A stretch of DNA of 64,000 nt from Candidatus Woesearchaeota archaeon (GTDB lineage: Archaea; Nanobdellota; Nanobdellia; Woesearchaeales; GW2011-AR9): NCBI GenBank assembly GCA_018696595.1, contig JABHQW010000008.1, forward strand, positions 192,001 through 256,000, given 5' to 3'. Position numbers and translations under genes: made by a program. The notes under the pieces were generated by a model, which saw only the letters and a program-made list of their open reading frames with translations, was not told the origin of the DNA and did no database searches. Below, piece after piece: positions 31,257-41,384 of the stretch. Position 1 is the first letter of the stretch; the number at the start of each line of letters is the position of its first letter.

Positions 31257-31647
31257 TATTTTGCAGTAATTCCTCTTTAGTTAAGCCTCTAATCTTGGCT
31301 TTTTCCAAAGAAGCGAGCCAACATTTGCCTGTATTCTCTAAGTCTTCTAACATTAAGAAATACCAATCGTGATCGGGGAATTTAATTGCGGCCCAAGCTT
31401 CTGCACCAAAATTATTAGAAAATGTTCTTAGTTGTTCTATTTCTGAGCCCGAGAAGTACTTTTTTTTATCTTTGGTAACTTTACATTCAATTGCTAATCT
31501 TCTGATAGCGTTCCCCGCAAGAATGTCTGGAGAGGGATATTGAGAAGATCCACTGCCTGCTGCCCTGATGCAACTGAATTCATTTTCATTGAAGAATTTA
31601 ACTAGTTCTCTTTCTCCTTTACTACCTTTGGCCTTACGATTTTTCAT
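31234..31647 (-). CDS. hjc: Holliday junction resolvase
   Basis: KGSKGERELV, RAAGSG, PDILAG, AIECKVT. Confidence 0.95.
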   Translation of the reverse strand: MKNRKAKGSKGERELVKFFNENEFSCIRAAGSGSSQYPSPDILAGNAIRRLAIECKVTKDKKKYFSGSEIEQLRTFSNNFGAEAWAAIKFPDHDWYFLMLEDLENTGKCWLASLEKAKIRGLTKEELLQNSDENRKV

Positions 31648-32534
31648 ACCCGAACCTTCATAAAATCTTCAGCAACAATAGTTTCATCAAAATGATCACG
31701 AGCTTCTTTAACAATCTCCGCAGTACTTTTATACCTGGGACTAATATGAGTAATAATTAATTTCTTAGCATTATTTTCAGAAGCAATTAAAGCAGCATCC
31801 TTAATTGTTAAGTGCATATATTTCCTTGTTTTTTCTTTAATATCACTAAGATGTGTTCCTTCAGAAATTAATAAATCTGCATTCTTGGCTAGTTTGTTTG
31901 CACCATTACAAGGTAATGTGTCAGCAACGTAACTAATTTTTTTCTCTTCTACCAAATAAGTTACATCTTTAGATTTAATTTTCTTGCCGTTATGAATTAC
32001 ATCTTTACCAGCTTGTAACTGTCCTAAAATGGGACCTGATAACTTTAACTTCTCAGCCTTACCTATATTGATTCTTAATCTTTCTTTCTCAATAAAACTA
32101 AATCCGATACAATCAGCAGAATGTTTTAATGGTTCCGCTCTTAAAATAAAATCATCATTTTCAAAACAAATTCCGGATTTAACTTCTTTAACTTCATAAG
32201 GGATAATATCTTTTGCTGCGAATGATTTAAACATATGTTCCAAATATTTTTTACTTCCTTTCGGACCATAAATATATAATTTCTTGGCAAATTGATCTGC
32301 ACCCATAGAACTCATTAATCCTGGAATTCCAAACACGTGGTCTCCATGCCAGTGACTGATCAATAACCTAGTAATTTTTGCTGGTTTGATTCCAGTAAGA
32401 CGCATTTGTCTTTGTACATTTTCTCCACAATCAAACAGAATATTTTCAGTTTTATATTTAAGCATAAAGCTAGGATGATTACGTTTCTTAGTTGGTTGCA
32501 TACAACTTGTTCCCAGGAAAATTATTTCTACCAT
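31644..32534 (-). CDS. rnz: Ribonuclease Z
   Basis: FLGT, FDCGE, SHWHGDH, GP exosite, ADT...SEGT, HLT, THISPRY. Confidence 0.95.
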   Translation of the reverse strand: MVEIIFLGTSCMQPTKKRNHPSFMLKYKTENILFDCGENVQRQMRLTGIKPAKITRLLISHWHGDHVFGIPGLMSSMGADQFAKKLYIYGPKGSKKYLEHMFKSFAAKDIIPYEVKEVKSGICFENDDFILRAEPLKHSADCIGFSFIEKERLRINIGKAEKLKLSGPILGQLQAGKDVIHNGKKIKSKDVTYLVEEKKISYVADTLPCNGANKLAKNADLLISEGTHLSDIKEKTRKYMHLTIKDAALIASENNAKKLIITHISPRYKSTAEIVKEARDHFDETIVAEDFMKVRV

Positions 32535-32582
32535 TATATTCTGTAATATATGGGTTCAGTTAATAAATTTAATGGAGAAAAA

Positions 32583-32936
32583 TCAATTTCCTTTGTATCC
32601 AAATTTCTGATCATACTCTTTATGGTTAATAATATCAAGAACAAAAGCAATTATTTCAATTTTACTTTCTCCGTCAGTTAGTGTATATAACATTCGCCAA
32701 TAAGCAGGAAGTTCTACACGAAATAAATTTGCAACGTTGTAATTTATAACATATTCTTTTGGAATTAATTTTTTTGCAATCGGATCTCCAAAATGAGGAT
32801 TATCTTTAATCAATTCAACTTTTTGATTTACAGATTTAAGAATCATTCGTTCTGTTTTTGAAGTGGATGCTTCTTTGTTAAGGTATTTGTAAATTTCTTC
32901 TGCTTCGGGAGAAAGAACTAATCTTACTGTTTTCAT
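32583..32936 (-). CDS. RelE/ParE-like putative toxin
   Basis: 117 aa; DNPHFGD...NLFRVELPAYWRMLYTL resembles the RelE fold; overlaps the upstream small gene by 4 nt. Confidence 0.55.
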   Translation of the reverse strand: MKTVRLVLSPEAEEIYKYLNKEASTSKTERMILKSVNQKVELIKDNPHFGDPIAKKLIPKEYVINYNVANLFRVELPAYWRMLYTLTDGESKIEIIAFVLDIINHKEYDQKFGYKGN

Positions 32937-33193
32937 AATTCTAAACCTTTAGCAATAGCTTTTTGTAATTTCTTATTGGGGTTATGAATCCAAGTAATGC
33001 CTTTCATGGTTACCAAGATTTTATTACTATATTCTAAATATTCTAAAATTCCTTTCAAAGTATTATGATTGACTTGTTTAGGTAACTTTCTTTTTAGTTC
33101 TGCAATCGTCATTACACTATCTTCAGAATTTTTGATAGTATCTTCTACCATTAATACAGTGTTTAATGTTGGGGAATGTTCCATTTGTAACAT
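32933..33193 (-). CDS. Small winged-helix protein, putative antitoxin
   Basis: TIAELKRKLPKQVNHNTLKGILEYLEYSNKI wHTH; GGTGA SD supports ATG 33193. Confidence 0.55.
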   Translation of the reverse strand: MLQMEHSPTLNTVLMVEDTIKNSEDSVMTIAELKRKLPKQVNHNTLKGILEYLEYSNKILVTMKGITWIHNPNKKLQKAIAKGLEL

Positions 33194-33212
33194 ATTTATC
33201 ACCTATTGTTAT

Positions 33213-33225
33213 TAGTTGATAACTA
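33213..33225. promoter_or_regulatory. Palindrome near the predicted start site of the putative TA operon
   Basis: TAGTT-GAT-AACTA about 20 nt downstream of a TATA box (33240-33249, minus strand). Confidence 0.35.
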
Positions 33226-33312
33226 TTGTTTACTTACTGATATATAAAGATTTTGGTAATAAATCAAGAAAAATAATGATTTTTGGTTAACAAAAGGAGA
33301 ATATTGTTTTCA

Positions 33313-33951
33313 TTAAATATCTAACACACTATCTAACTCATGCAAACTTTTAATCTTGGGGTGATACTCCCTAGAATTTCTACGATCAATTAAAACAGAT
33401 TTCATGTCAATCTTTTTGGCAGCCATAATGTCTGACTGAATACTATCTCCAACCATTACGGCATCATCAACCGTTAAACCCAAATCAGATAACACGTGTT
33501 TAAAGAAATTTTTATCGGTTTTAATTAAACCCACTTCACAAGATAAATACGTTTTATCAAACAACTCTTCTAATTGAAATTTTTCCATTACTTGTTTAAT
33601 TGAAAAACAATCAGTGTTAGAAACTAAAATCACTTTATACTTTTTTCTTAACTCTGTTAAAATTTCTTTAACTTCTTTATAAGGTTGCGCAAGCATCCAG
33701 TTTTTGTTCCACATCCCTACAAGAGTTTCAATTTTATGGTTCTTAATTTCAATCTGAAATTCTTTACAAATATTTTCAAAAGATTGTTTCAAGTTTTCAA
33801 ACTTAGAAGTCATCATTGCTCGTTCCATCCTGACAACATATTCGGGGAATGGCAATTTAATCTCAAGGATGTTCTTCACTTGTTTAATCGGACTCCAGAC
33901 TCCGTTTTCTACTAAAGTTCCCCAGAAGTCGAATAGAATGGCTTTTGTCAT
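33313..33951 (-). CDS. HAD-superfamily hydrolase
   Basis: ILFDFWGTL, LVSNT, K, MVGDSIQSDI. Confidence 0.9.
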   Translation of the reverse strand: MTKAILFDFWGTLVENGVWSPIKQVKNILEIKLPFPEYVVRMERAMMTSKFENLKQSFENICKEFQIEIKNHKIETLVGMWNKNWMLAQPYKEVKEILTELRKKYKVILVSNTDCFSIKQVMEKFQLEELFDKTYLSCEVGLIKTDKNFFKHVLSDLGLTVDDAVMVGDSIQSDIMAAKKIDMKSVLIDRRNSREYHPKIKSLHELDSVLDI

Positions 33952-34060
33952 CTAATAAACTAAATTAGCTTTAATCTATATATATTTTACTGAATTACAG
34001 ACGTTATTTAAACTAGAAATCACAAAAACGTTTATAAATTCCACTCAATTCTTCTTTAAC

Positions 34061-35077
34061 ATGACACCAGAAGAGAAATTCGAACTGATCAAAAGAAATA
34101 CACAAGAAATTGTTACAGAAGAAGAAATGCTTGCTTTATTAAAGAAAAAGAAGCAACCAGCAATTTATTTAGGTACTGCAGTTACTGGCAGACCACACAT
34201 TGGATATTTTGTTTGGGTTCTTAAAATGGCAGATTTTCTTAAAGCTGGATTCAAAGTAAAATTATTATTAGCAGATATGCATGGTGCTTTAGATAATTGT
34301 CCTTGGGATGTTTTAGAAAAAAGGTTTAATTATTATTCAACTGTAATTCCATTAATGTTTAAAGCAATTGGTGCAGACATTAAAAACTTTCAAATCGTTA
34401 AAGGATCCTCTTTCCAATTAAAAAAAGAATACACTTTAGATTTGTTAAAAATGTCTACCTTCGCTTCTATTAACGATGCTAAACGAGCAGCTTCAGAAGT
34501 TGTTAAGTTTGGTAACAACCCTAAACTATCTGGTTTGATTTATCCGTTAATGCAAGCTTTAGATGAAGAATATTTGAAAGTAGATGTTCAATATGGGGGA
34601 GTAGATCAAAGAAAAATTTTAATGTTTGCTCGTGAAAATTTGCCCAAAATTGGTTACAAACCAAGAGTTGAAGTAATGACGCCTTTACTGCCGGGATTAA
34701 CTGGTAAGAAAATGTCCGCTTCAGATTTAAAATCTAAAATTGATTTATTAGATACTAATAAGGAAGTTGAAGATAAGTTGAAGAAAGCTTTCTGTGAAGA
34801 AGGTGTTGTTGAAGAAAATGGCGTTTTGGCCTTTTTGAAACATGTGGTTATGGTTCTTAAACAAGATGCGGGGAAGAAATTTGTAATTGATCGGCCAGAA
34901 AAGTTTGGTGGTAAATTAGAATTCTCTACTTATGAAGAAATTGAGAAAGTTTTCGTTAAGAAAGAATTACATCCATTAGATCTGAAAATTGCTTTGGCTA
35001 AAGAAGTCAATAATCTTCTGAAAGTGTTTAAGGATAAGAAACTGGAAAAGATCTCTAAAGACGGTTATGGTGAATGA
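34061..35077 (+). CDS. tyrS: Tyrosyl-tRNA synthetase
   Basis: TGRPHIGY, YPLMQALD, GGVDQRK, KMSAS. Confidence 0.97.
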   Translation: MTPEEKFELIKRNTQEIVTEEEMLALLKKKKQPAIYLGTAVTGRPHIGYFVWVLKMADFLKAGFKVKLLLADMHGALDNCPWDVLEKRFNYYSTVIPLMFKAIGADIKNFQIVKGSSFQLKKEYTLDLLKMSTFASINDAKRAASEVVKFGNNPKLSGLIYPLMQALDEEYLKVDVQYGGVDQRKILMFARENLPKIGYKPRVEVMTPLLPGLTGKKMSASDLKSKIDLLDTNKEVEDKLKKAFCEEGVVEENGVLAFLKHVVMVLKQDAGKKFVIDRPEKFGGKLEFSTYEEIEKVFVKKELHPLDLKIALAKEVNNLLKVFKDKKLEKISKDGYGE

Positions 35078-35086
35078 TTTATTTAT

Positions 35087-36289
35087 TCACTTCCCTTCTA
35101 ACACAACCAAGGTATGATAATTAAAATACTTGTTAATCACTCTTCTAACATCAGCAATAGTAACCTCTTTGATCTTCTTGATATAAGAATTCATCAAATC
35201 TACAGATTTAACCTGTTCCCAATAAACTATTTGATCTGCAACTTTCTGAGGGTCTTCAATATCTAATAAATAATCTCCTTCGATATAATCTTTAGCTTCT
35301 TTTAAATCGATAGTATTAATTTTTTTCAATTTTTCAATCTCTGCAAAAATCATTTTTTTAACTAAAGGAAGATTCTTTTTGTCAATCGTAGCGTAAACTG
35401 CAAAGTAACCATAAGTTGAATCATTCAAGTTTTGTGTTCCCACATCATAAGCTAATCCTTTTTTGCCACGAATCTCTGTAAACATTCTTCCACTTTGACC
35501 ACGGCCAAGAATTCCATTGATCACATCTAAGATATAACTGTCTGGATGGCTTCTAGGAATTGTTTTAAATCCCATTGCTGCATAAGTACTAGCAATCTTG
35601 CGTTTTTCTTTTTTCAAAGTGTTAGATTTAGCTACTGGTTCATTTACTTTTTTCAAAGTTACATCTTTTCCTTTTTCAAAAACAAATTTGTCTTCCAATT
35701 CTTTTTTCCATCCTTTAACGTCCCCAACTACAGAAATGATCATGTTATTTGGAACGTAATATCTGTTAAAATAATCCATTACTTTTTCTCTATTTAGGTT
35801 CTTAATAACATTCTTAGAACCATAAACTGGATTTTTGCTGGGGTGTTTCTTGAAAATTGTTCTTTGTAATAAATCCCATTGATAATATCTTGGTTCATCA
35901 TGAACCAAATCAATTTCTTTAATTACAATATTTTTTTCTTTATCTAAATCCTTAGGGTCAAATAAAGAGTTTTGTAAAATATCTGATAAAACATCTACTC
36001 CTTTAGTGAAATGTTTCTTTAAAACTTTAACATAAAAGCAAGTTCTTTCATTGGTAGTGTAAGCGTTAAACTCTCCGCCAATTTTTTCAATTTCGTTAGA
36101 TATTAACCAGTTATTAGGTCTCTTCTTAGTACCTTCAAAAACCATATGTTCAATGAAATGAGAAATACCTCTTTCGGTCTCAGTTTCGTTATTACTGCCT
36201 ACTTTAACCATTACTTCAATAACTACAGCATTACTCTTATTTTGCTGAAAATATACAGTTAAACCGTTATCTAACACTACCTTTTTCAT
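35087..36289 (-). CDS. M16-family zinc peptidase
   Basis: GISHFIEHMVFEGT (HxxEH), NAYT, SRMFTEIRGKKGLAY-like motif. Confidence 0.93.
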   Translation of the reverse strand: MKKVVLDNGLTVYFQQNKSNAVVIEVMVKVGSNNETETERGISHFIEHMVFEGTKKRPNNWLISNEIEKIGGEFNAYTTNERTCFYVKVLKKHFTKGVDVLSDILQNSLFDPKDLDKEKNIVIKEIDLVHDEPRYYQWDLLQRTIFKKHPSKNPVYGSKNVIKNLNREKVMDYFNRYYVPNNMIISVVGDVKGWKKELEDKFVFEKGKDVTLKKVNEPVAKSNTLKKEKRKIASTYAAMGFKTIPRSHPDSYILDVINGILGRGQSGRMFTEIRGKKGLAYDVGTQNLNDSTYGYFAVYATIDKKNLPLVKKMIFAEIEKLKKINTIDLKEAKDYIEGDYLLDIEDPQKVADQIVYWEQVKSVDLMNSYIKKIKEVTIADVRRVINKYFNYHTLVVLEGK

Positions 36290-36351
36290 ATATAATAGTA
36301 TATATTTAAGGTTTATAAATGATTTGGTGAAGTGTAATAAAAAGAAGATTT

Positions 36352-36618
36352 TTATTCGAAATATCTGGTGTCCATTTCATTTGAATCTGCTTCAATTATA
36401 ACATCACATCCATAAATGCTTTGTGAAGAATTTGGCGTATAAATTGTTGCAGGATTAACATTTTTTATTATTGCTGTTTCTGGAATTGTTGCAAATTGAT
36501 CTTTGATATAAAAATAACTGGTGGCTAACGAAAGTGTTGCTAATACTCCAATAAAGGTATAAAATTTCCCCAATCCAGAACTAACTCTTTTTTCTAAAGG
36601 TTCGTTTTTTCCATTCAT
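36352..36618 (-). CDS. Hypothetical single-TM protein
   Basis: 88 aa, one hydrophobic helix, TATA-like sequence upstream. Confidence 0.55.
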   Translation of the reverse strand: MNGKNEPLEKRVSSGLGKFYTFIGVLATLSLATSYFYIKDQFATIPETAIIKNVNPATIYTPNSSQSIYGCDVIIEADSNEMDTRYFE

Positions 36619-36713
36619 AAATATTATTTATTATTTCACCTTTATATTTATTTCTCCATTAAAGAATATAAAAAAGACAAAGTTTTTAACTTAAACCTCC
36701 ATTACAAAACAAC

Positions 36714-37745
36714 ATGAAACTAAAACAGTTCCAATCATACTTAAAAAAACAGAAAATTGACTTAGCAATTCTTAATGAGTCAGACGTAAATACGACTTAT
36801 TTTACCCAAATTAAGCCCAGTTATTCATTATTATTGATTGGACAAAGAACCGCTAACTTATATTTAACAAAATTAGATAAAATTCCAGATTTAAAAGAGT
36901 TCAAAGTTAAAGTTTTAGAAAAAGGTTGGGAAAAGAAACTTAACAAAAATGTAAAAAGAATTGGTTTAAATTATGCTTCTGTAACAATGAATGGTTCTAG
37001 AAGAATTAAAAGATTATTTCCAAAAGCTAAATTTAGTGACATTTCTAAACAATTGAACAAATTAAGAACAACTAAAACAGAGCAAGAATGTAAGTGCATT
37101 AATCAAGCTTGTAAAATAACTGACTATGCGTTTAGTGAAATGTTAAAAAACATAAGAAAACTAAAAACAGAACAACAAGTAGCAGACTTTATTGACAGAA
37201 AATTCAAAGAAAAAGGAGCAGAATCAGCATTTCCAACAATTGTCGCTATGGGGAAGAATGCTGCAGTCCCTCACCATTTAACTTCTAATCAGAAACTTAA
37301 ACGAGGATTCTTATTATTAGATTTCGGTGCCAAGTATAAATATTACTGTGCAGATATGTCGAGAACTATTTTTTTAGGCACTCCTAAAAAACAAGAAATT
37401 GAAATGTATAACCTATTATTAAATGCTCAAGAACAAGCAATTAAGGAATCAAGCCAAGTTAAAACATTTTTTGAATTAGATCAATTAGTAAGAAAACAAT
37501 TAGGGAAATATTCTTCTCACTTTATTCATTCATTGGGACATGGCTTAGGGTTAGAAATCCATGAAAGTCCTTCATATATTAAAGAATCTAAGCAAGAAAT
37601 CAAGCCGGGACATGTATTTACAATCGAACCAGGAGTCTATTTTCCGGGCAAATTTGGCATCAGGATTGAAGATACTGTTATTTATAATGATAAAGTTAAG
37701 GTTTTGACCAAAAGTAAGAAAGAATTGGTTTGTGTTAAAATCTAA
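36714..37745 (+). CDS. Xaa-Pro peptidase (M24B)
   Basis: DFGAKY, DMSRT, HSLGHGLGLEIHE, TIEPG, RIED. Confidence 0.93.
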   Translation: MKLKQFQSYLKKQKIDLAILNESDVNTTYFTQIKPSYSLLLIGQRTANLYLTKLDKIPDLKEFKVKVLEKGWEKKLNKNVKRIGLNYASVTMNGSRRIKRLFPKAKFSDISKQLNKLRTTKTEQECKCINQACKITDYAFSEMLKNIRKLKTEQQVADFIDRKFKEKGAESAFPTIVAMGKNAAVPHHLTSNQKLKRGFLLLDFGAKYKYYCADMSRTIFLGTPKKQEIEMYNLLLNAQEQAIKESSQVKTFFELDQLVRKQLGKYSSHFIHSLGHGLGLEIHESPSYIKESKQEIKPGHVFTIEPGVYFPGKFGIRIEDTVIYNDKVKVLTKSKKELVCVKI

Positions 37746-37807
37746 CTTTTAAACCAAAAGCTTTTAAAATAAACCCAAATATAACATAACATTTATAAAT
37801 ACACAGC

Positions 37808-37882
37808 GGGGCTGTAGTGTAGCTTGGTCTAGCATTGGGCGTTTGGGACGCTTAGACCCCAGTTCAAATCTGGGCAGCCCCA
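37808..37882 (+). tRNA. tRNA-Pro (TGG)
   Basis: Acceptor GGGGCTG/CAGCCCC, anticodon arm GGGCG-TTTGGGA-CGCTT, T-loop TTCAAAT; CCA not encoded. Confidence 0.95.
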
Positions 37883-37912
37883 CTTATATTCAATTACAAG
37901 GAGAAATTAAAC

Positions 37913-38104
37913 ATGCCAACAAAAAGATTTGGAGCCCGATATGGGAGAAAACCGAGAAAGAAACTAACTAAAGTTGAATCTCAATATAAAGGTAAACAGA
38001 AATGTCCTTACTGTAACAAGGAAGGTATAAAGAGAGTTGCTATTGGGATTTGGCAATGTAGGAAATGCGAAGTAAAGTTTGCCGGTAGGGCGTATACTAT
38101 CTAA
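37913..38104 (+). CDS. rpl37ae: 50S ribosomal protein L37Ae
   Basis: RFGARYG, CPYC, KRVAIGIWQCRKC...FAGRAY. Confidence 0.95.
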   Translation: MPTKRFGARYGRKPRKKLTKVESQYKGKQKCPYCNKEGIKRVAIGIWQCRKCEVKFAGRAYTI

Positions 38105-38118
38105 AAGGTGCTTAAAAA

Positions 38119-38253
38119 ATGTATTATGTCTGTTTTGATTGTGGAAAGAAAGTTAATGATGAATATCTTGGAACTAAAGTAAGATGCCCATACTGTGGCG
38201 GAAAAGTTCTTTACAAAGATAGAAGAACCGTCAATAAAATAAAGGCACGATAA
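38119..38253 (+). CDS. rpoP: RNA polymerase subunit P (Rpo12)
   Basis: Below the ORF-track cutoff; MYYVCFDCGKKVNDEYLGTKVRCPYCGGKVLYKDRRTVNKIKAR; follows rpl37ae as in other archaea. Confidence 0.92.
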   Translation: MYYVCFDCGKKVNDEYLGTKVRCPYCGGKVLYKDRRTVNKIKAR

Positions 38254-38254
38254 A

Positions 38255-38581
38255 ATGTCTGAAAAAGTTCAACAAATACAAATTCTTCAACAGAATTTAC
38301 AACAGCTCGGGATGCAAAAACAGCAAGTTCAATCTCAGTTAATCGAAAGCGAATCTGCAATAAAAGAATTAGAGTCTACTTCTCAAGCTTATAAAATTGT
38401 TGGGAAGATTATGATTGCTTCTAATAAAGAAGATTTGATTAAAGATCTTGAAGAGAAGAAACAAACTAACGAAGCTCGTCTGAAAACGTTTATTGAGCAA
38501 GAAAATACTCTTAAACAAAATATTGAATCTTTACAGCAAGAAATTGTTTCTGAGATGAAAAAAGATAAAGAAGAAAATTAA
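38255..38581 (+). CDS. pfdB: Prefoldin beta subunit
   Basis: Coiled coils around AYKIVGKIMI; conserved position after rpoP. Confidence 0.88.
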   Translation: MSEKVQQIQILQQNLQQLGMQKQQVQSQLIESESAIKELESTSQAYKIVGKIMIASNKEDLIKDLEEKKQTNEARLKTFIEQENTLKQNIESLQQEIVSEMKKDKEEN

Positions 38582-38703
38582 TCATTTTAGCAACCTTGTC
38601 AAAGGAGGCGATTTTTCTAATTTTTTTAAATAAATAGTACGAAACAAAGTGTAGTGGCCAAAATACAATTAGAAAAATAATAAACGCCGTGCAGGTTGCT
38701 AAA

Positions 38704-39261
38704 TTAATCATTACTTTTTCTTAATTTAAATTTTGATTTTAAAAATAAATTGTTAGGAACATAAAGAATATCTCCACTATCAGTTTTAATTTCTGTTTCT
38801 AAATAACCAATCTTTTCAACTCTACCAGAAATTTCTTTTACTTCTACTCTTCGTCCTTCTTTAATTTGTCCTTTTCTTAAAATGTAAATCCAACCAATTA
38901 AATTAGGAATAACGTCTTTTAAACCCACTAAGAAAGTAAGTATAATTAACATTAAAACCGCCCCTAGGACTAAGTAAAGCACGATTGAAGTGATTCCAAG
39001 ATGATTTAAGAAAACTACAATAAAGACCAAATAGATTACCCATGAAATAATGTTACTTACCCATTTATCGATATTTTGTGTGATTCCTACTTTTCCTAGT
39101 AATTTATTTAGTTCAATTTCTCTTAGTAATCTATATACTAATTTCTGAGCTAAGATACCTAAACCAAAGCCAGCGATTAAAATTACTATTCCTACAATGA
39201 TTGTGTAAATGTATGATTGAGCTGTTTGAACAACCCCACTTACACCTGTTGCATTAACCAT
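38704..39261 (-). CDS. MscS-family small-conductance mechanosensitive channel domain protein
   Basis: TM helices, then KDVIPNLIGW...GRRVEV...GRVEKIGYLETEI...YVPN. Confidence 0.8.
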   Translation of the reverse strand: MVNATGVSGVVQTAQSYIYTIIVGIVILIAGFGLGILAQKLVYRLLREIELNKLLGKVGITQNIDKWVSNIISWVIYLVFIVVFLNHLGITSIVLYLVLGAVLMLIILTFLVGLKDVIPNLIGWIYILRKGQIKEGRRVEVKEISGRVEKIGYLETEIKTDSGDILYVPNNLFLKSKFKLRKSND

Positions 39262-39340
39262 AATCTTCTAAGCACTTCTTTCATTTATAAAAATTGCGAA
39301 AAACTATATAAAGCAGACTAAGATTGTACCATTTAGTATT

Positions 39341-40438
39341 ATGGTTGATTACAATAAGAAAATCAAGGAATTGCAGGATGAGTTAAAGAAAACCAAGTAC
39401 AATAAGGCTACTCAAGGCCATATTGGGATAGTTAAAGCTAAAATTGCTCAGCTTAAAGAAAAACAAGAATCTCGTGTTTCTAAAAAAACTGGAAAATCTG
39501 AACATGGTTATACTGTTAGAAAGTCCGGTGATGGGACTGTTTTATTATTAGGATTTCCTTCTGCGGGAAAGTCCACATTATTAAACGCATTAACTGGAGC
39601 AGATTCTGAAGTTGGTGCTTATGAATTTACAACTTTATCTGTCGTTCCAGGAATGATGGAATATAAACAAGCTAAGATTCAGATCTTAGATGTTCCTGGA
39701 ATTGTTTCTGGAGCAGCTTCTGGTAAGGGGAGAGGAAAAGAAGTTCTTACAGTTATTCAAAACGCTGATTTGGTTCTTATTGTTATTGATGTTAATCATC
39801 CTGAACATTATCCTGCGATATTAAGAGAAGTTTGGGAATCTCGAATTCGTCTTAATAAAAAGAAACCACAAGTTTGGATTAAGAAAAAAGCTCAAGGTGG
39901 AATCCAAATAGGAAAAACTGTTGAGTTAAATGTTGATGATGAAACAATTAAAAAAGTTCTTCGCGAATTTAAGTTAGTTAATGCCGAAGTGTTAATAAGA
40001 AGTCCAATTGATATTGATGATTTTATTGATTGTATTGAAGGAAATAAAAAATATGTGCACTCATTAACTTGCGTTAGTAAAGTTGATTTAGCCTCTGCTT
40101 CTAAAGTTAGTAAGGTAAAAAAAGAATTGAATGCTGACTTATTAGTTTCTGCAGAAGATGGATTAAACATTAATCAGTTGAGAGAAATGATTTTTCAAAA
40201 ATTAGATTTTATTAGAATTTATATGAAAGAACCCCGTAAAGAAGCAGACATGAAAGAACCAATGATTATCTATCGCGGAGCAACTATAAGGGATGTTTGT
40301 TCAAAGACGCATAAAGATTTTGTAAAGAAATTTAGGTTTGCTCGAGTGTGGGGAAAGTCCGCTAAACATCCAGCACAGAAAGTATCTTTAAGACATAAAC
40401 TTCAAGATGAAGATATTCTAGAATTGCATTTGGATTAA
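39341..40438 (+). CDS. drg: DRG-family GTPase with TGS domain
   Basis: YNKATQGHIG, GFPSAGKST, YEFTT, DVPG, SKVD, C-terminal TGS. Confidence 0.95.
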   Translation: MVDYNKKIKELQDELKKTKYNKATQGHIGIVKAKIAQLKEKQESRVSKKTGKSEHGYTVRKSGDGTVLLLGFPSAGKSTLLNALTGADSEVGAYEFTTLSVVPGMMEYKQAKIQILDVPGIVSGAASGKGRGKEVLTVIQNADLVLIVIDVNHPEHYPAILREVWESRIRLNKKKPQVWIKKKAQGGIQIGKTVELNVDDETIKKVLREFKLVNAEVLIRSPIDIDDFIDCIEGNKKYVHSLTCVSKVDLASASKVSKVKKELNADLLVSAEDGLNINQLREMIFQKLDFIRIYMKEPRKEADMKEPMIIYRGATIRDVCSKTHKDFVKKFRFARVWGKSAKHPAQKVSLRHKLQDEDILELHLD

Positions 40439-40439
40439 A

Positions 40440-41333
40440 TCATAAACTATCAATCCAGTCTTTCTTTAATTTAAAACCATTCTTTCTAGCTAATTTAGAA
40501 ATCGCTTTATCGAAACAACTCCCGTATTGAGCAGCTTTCTTTTTTCGCCAAGCGAATTCTCCCAAAAAATCTTCGGCAATCTCTCTCAGAATAACCTTCT
40601 TCTTTTCTTCTACAATTTTCCAATCTCCCGGAAGTTTCATTGCATATTCAATTAAATCTTTGTCCAAGAAAGGTGTTTTTATTTGAATGTTAAGTTCTTT
40701 AGCTAGATTAAAATCTCTAACTAAATCTCGGTCCCACATATATTTTAATCCCTGCCAACATTCATGATTGATGTTAGCAACTTTATCGTGTCGGTCATAA
40801 CCAGCAAAAATCTCTTCTGAACCTAATCCACCAAGAAAGTAATTAATATTATCTTTTATTCCTAATTCTGCTGCCGCCATAACTACTGCACCAACACCAA
40901 TATTAACTACATCGGTTTTGTTTACTAGTTTTAGAATTGCTACTGTTTTCTTAATAATTTCTTCGGCTTCTTCTAAATTATAAACTTTAAACTTCAAATT
41001 GAGGTTTAATTTCTTGGCAACTTTCTGAGCTTCGATAATATCTTCTGGTTCTTTAGTAATGTCATCTTGAAATCCAACGGCGTAACAAGTAAAATCCTTA
41101 TGAAATATTTTTGCAACTGCCGCAATGAAAGAACTGTCTACTCCGCCTGAGAAAAAAATACCAAACTTTCCTTCTGGTAATCTTGACTTAACTGCTTGAA
41201 GTAATTTTTCTCTTAGAACTTTTTTTGCTTCTGATTTGTCAGCAATAGTTTCTTTTGTATGAAAAGTATCAATCAACTTACCCCAATCTACTTTGTGGAT
41301 TAATTCATTGTTTTGGATAAAGATTTCTTTCAT
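40440..41333 (-). CDS. Asparagine synthetase C-terminal-like PP-loop protein, no glutaminase domain
   Basis: FSGGVDSS, GLGSEEIFAGY, TPFLD, KVILR, RKKKAAQYGS; no N-terminal Ntn-Cys domain. Confidence 0.8.
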   Translation of the reverse strand: MKEIFIQNNELIHKVDWGKLIDTFHTKETIADKSEAKKVLREKLLQAVKSRLPEGKFGIFFSGGVDSSFIAAVAKIFHKDFTCYAVGFQDDITKEPEDIIEAQKVAKKLNLNLKFKVYNLEEAEEIIKKTVAILKLVNKTDVVNIGVGAVVMAAAELGIKDNINYFLGGLGSEEIFAGYDRHDKVANINHECWQGLKYMWDRDLVRDFNLAKELNIQIKTPFLDKDLIEYAMKLPGDWKIVEEKKKVILREIAEDFLGEFAWRKKKAAQYGSCFDKAISKLARKNGFKLKKDWIDSL

Positions 41334-41384
41334 GGTTCTATAATTTCCTATAAATTTATAAAATATTGCACTAAAAAGAACATT

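Noticed and set aside
38511-38711. 66-aa minus-strand ORF after the MscS gene
   Set aside because: Overlaps the pfdB 3' end by about 70 nt with no known motif; a small membrane peptide cannot be fully excluded.
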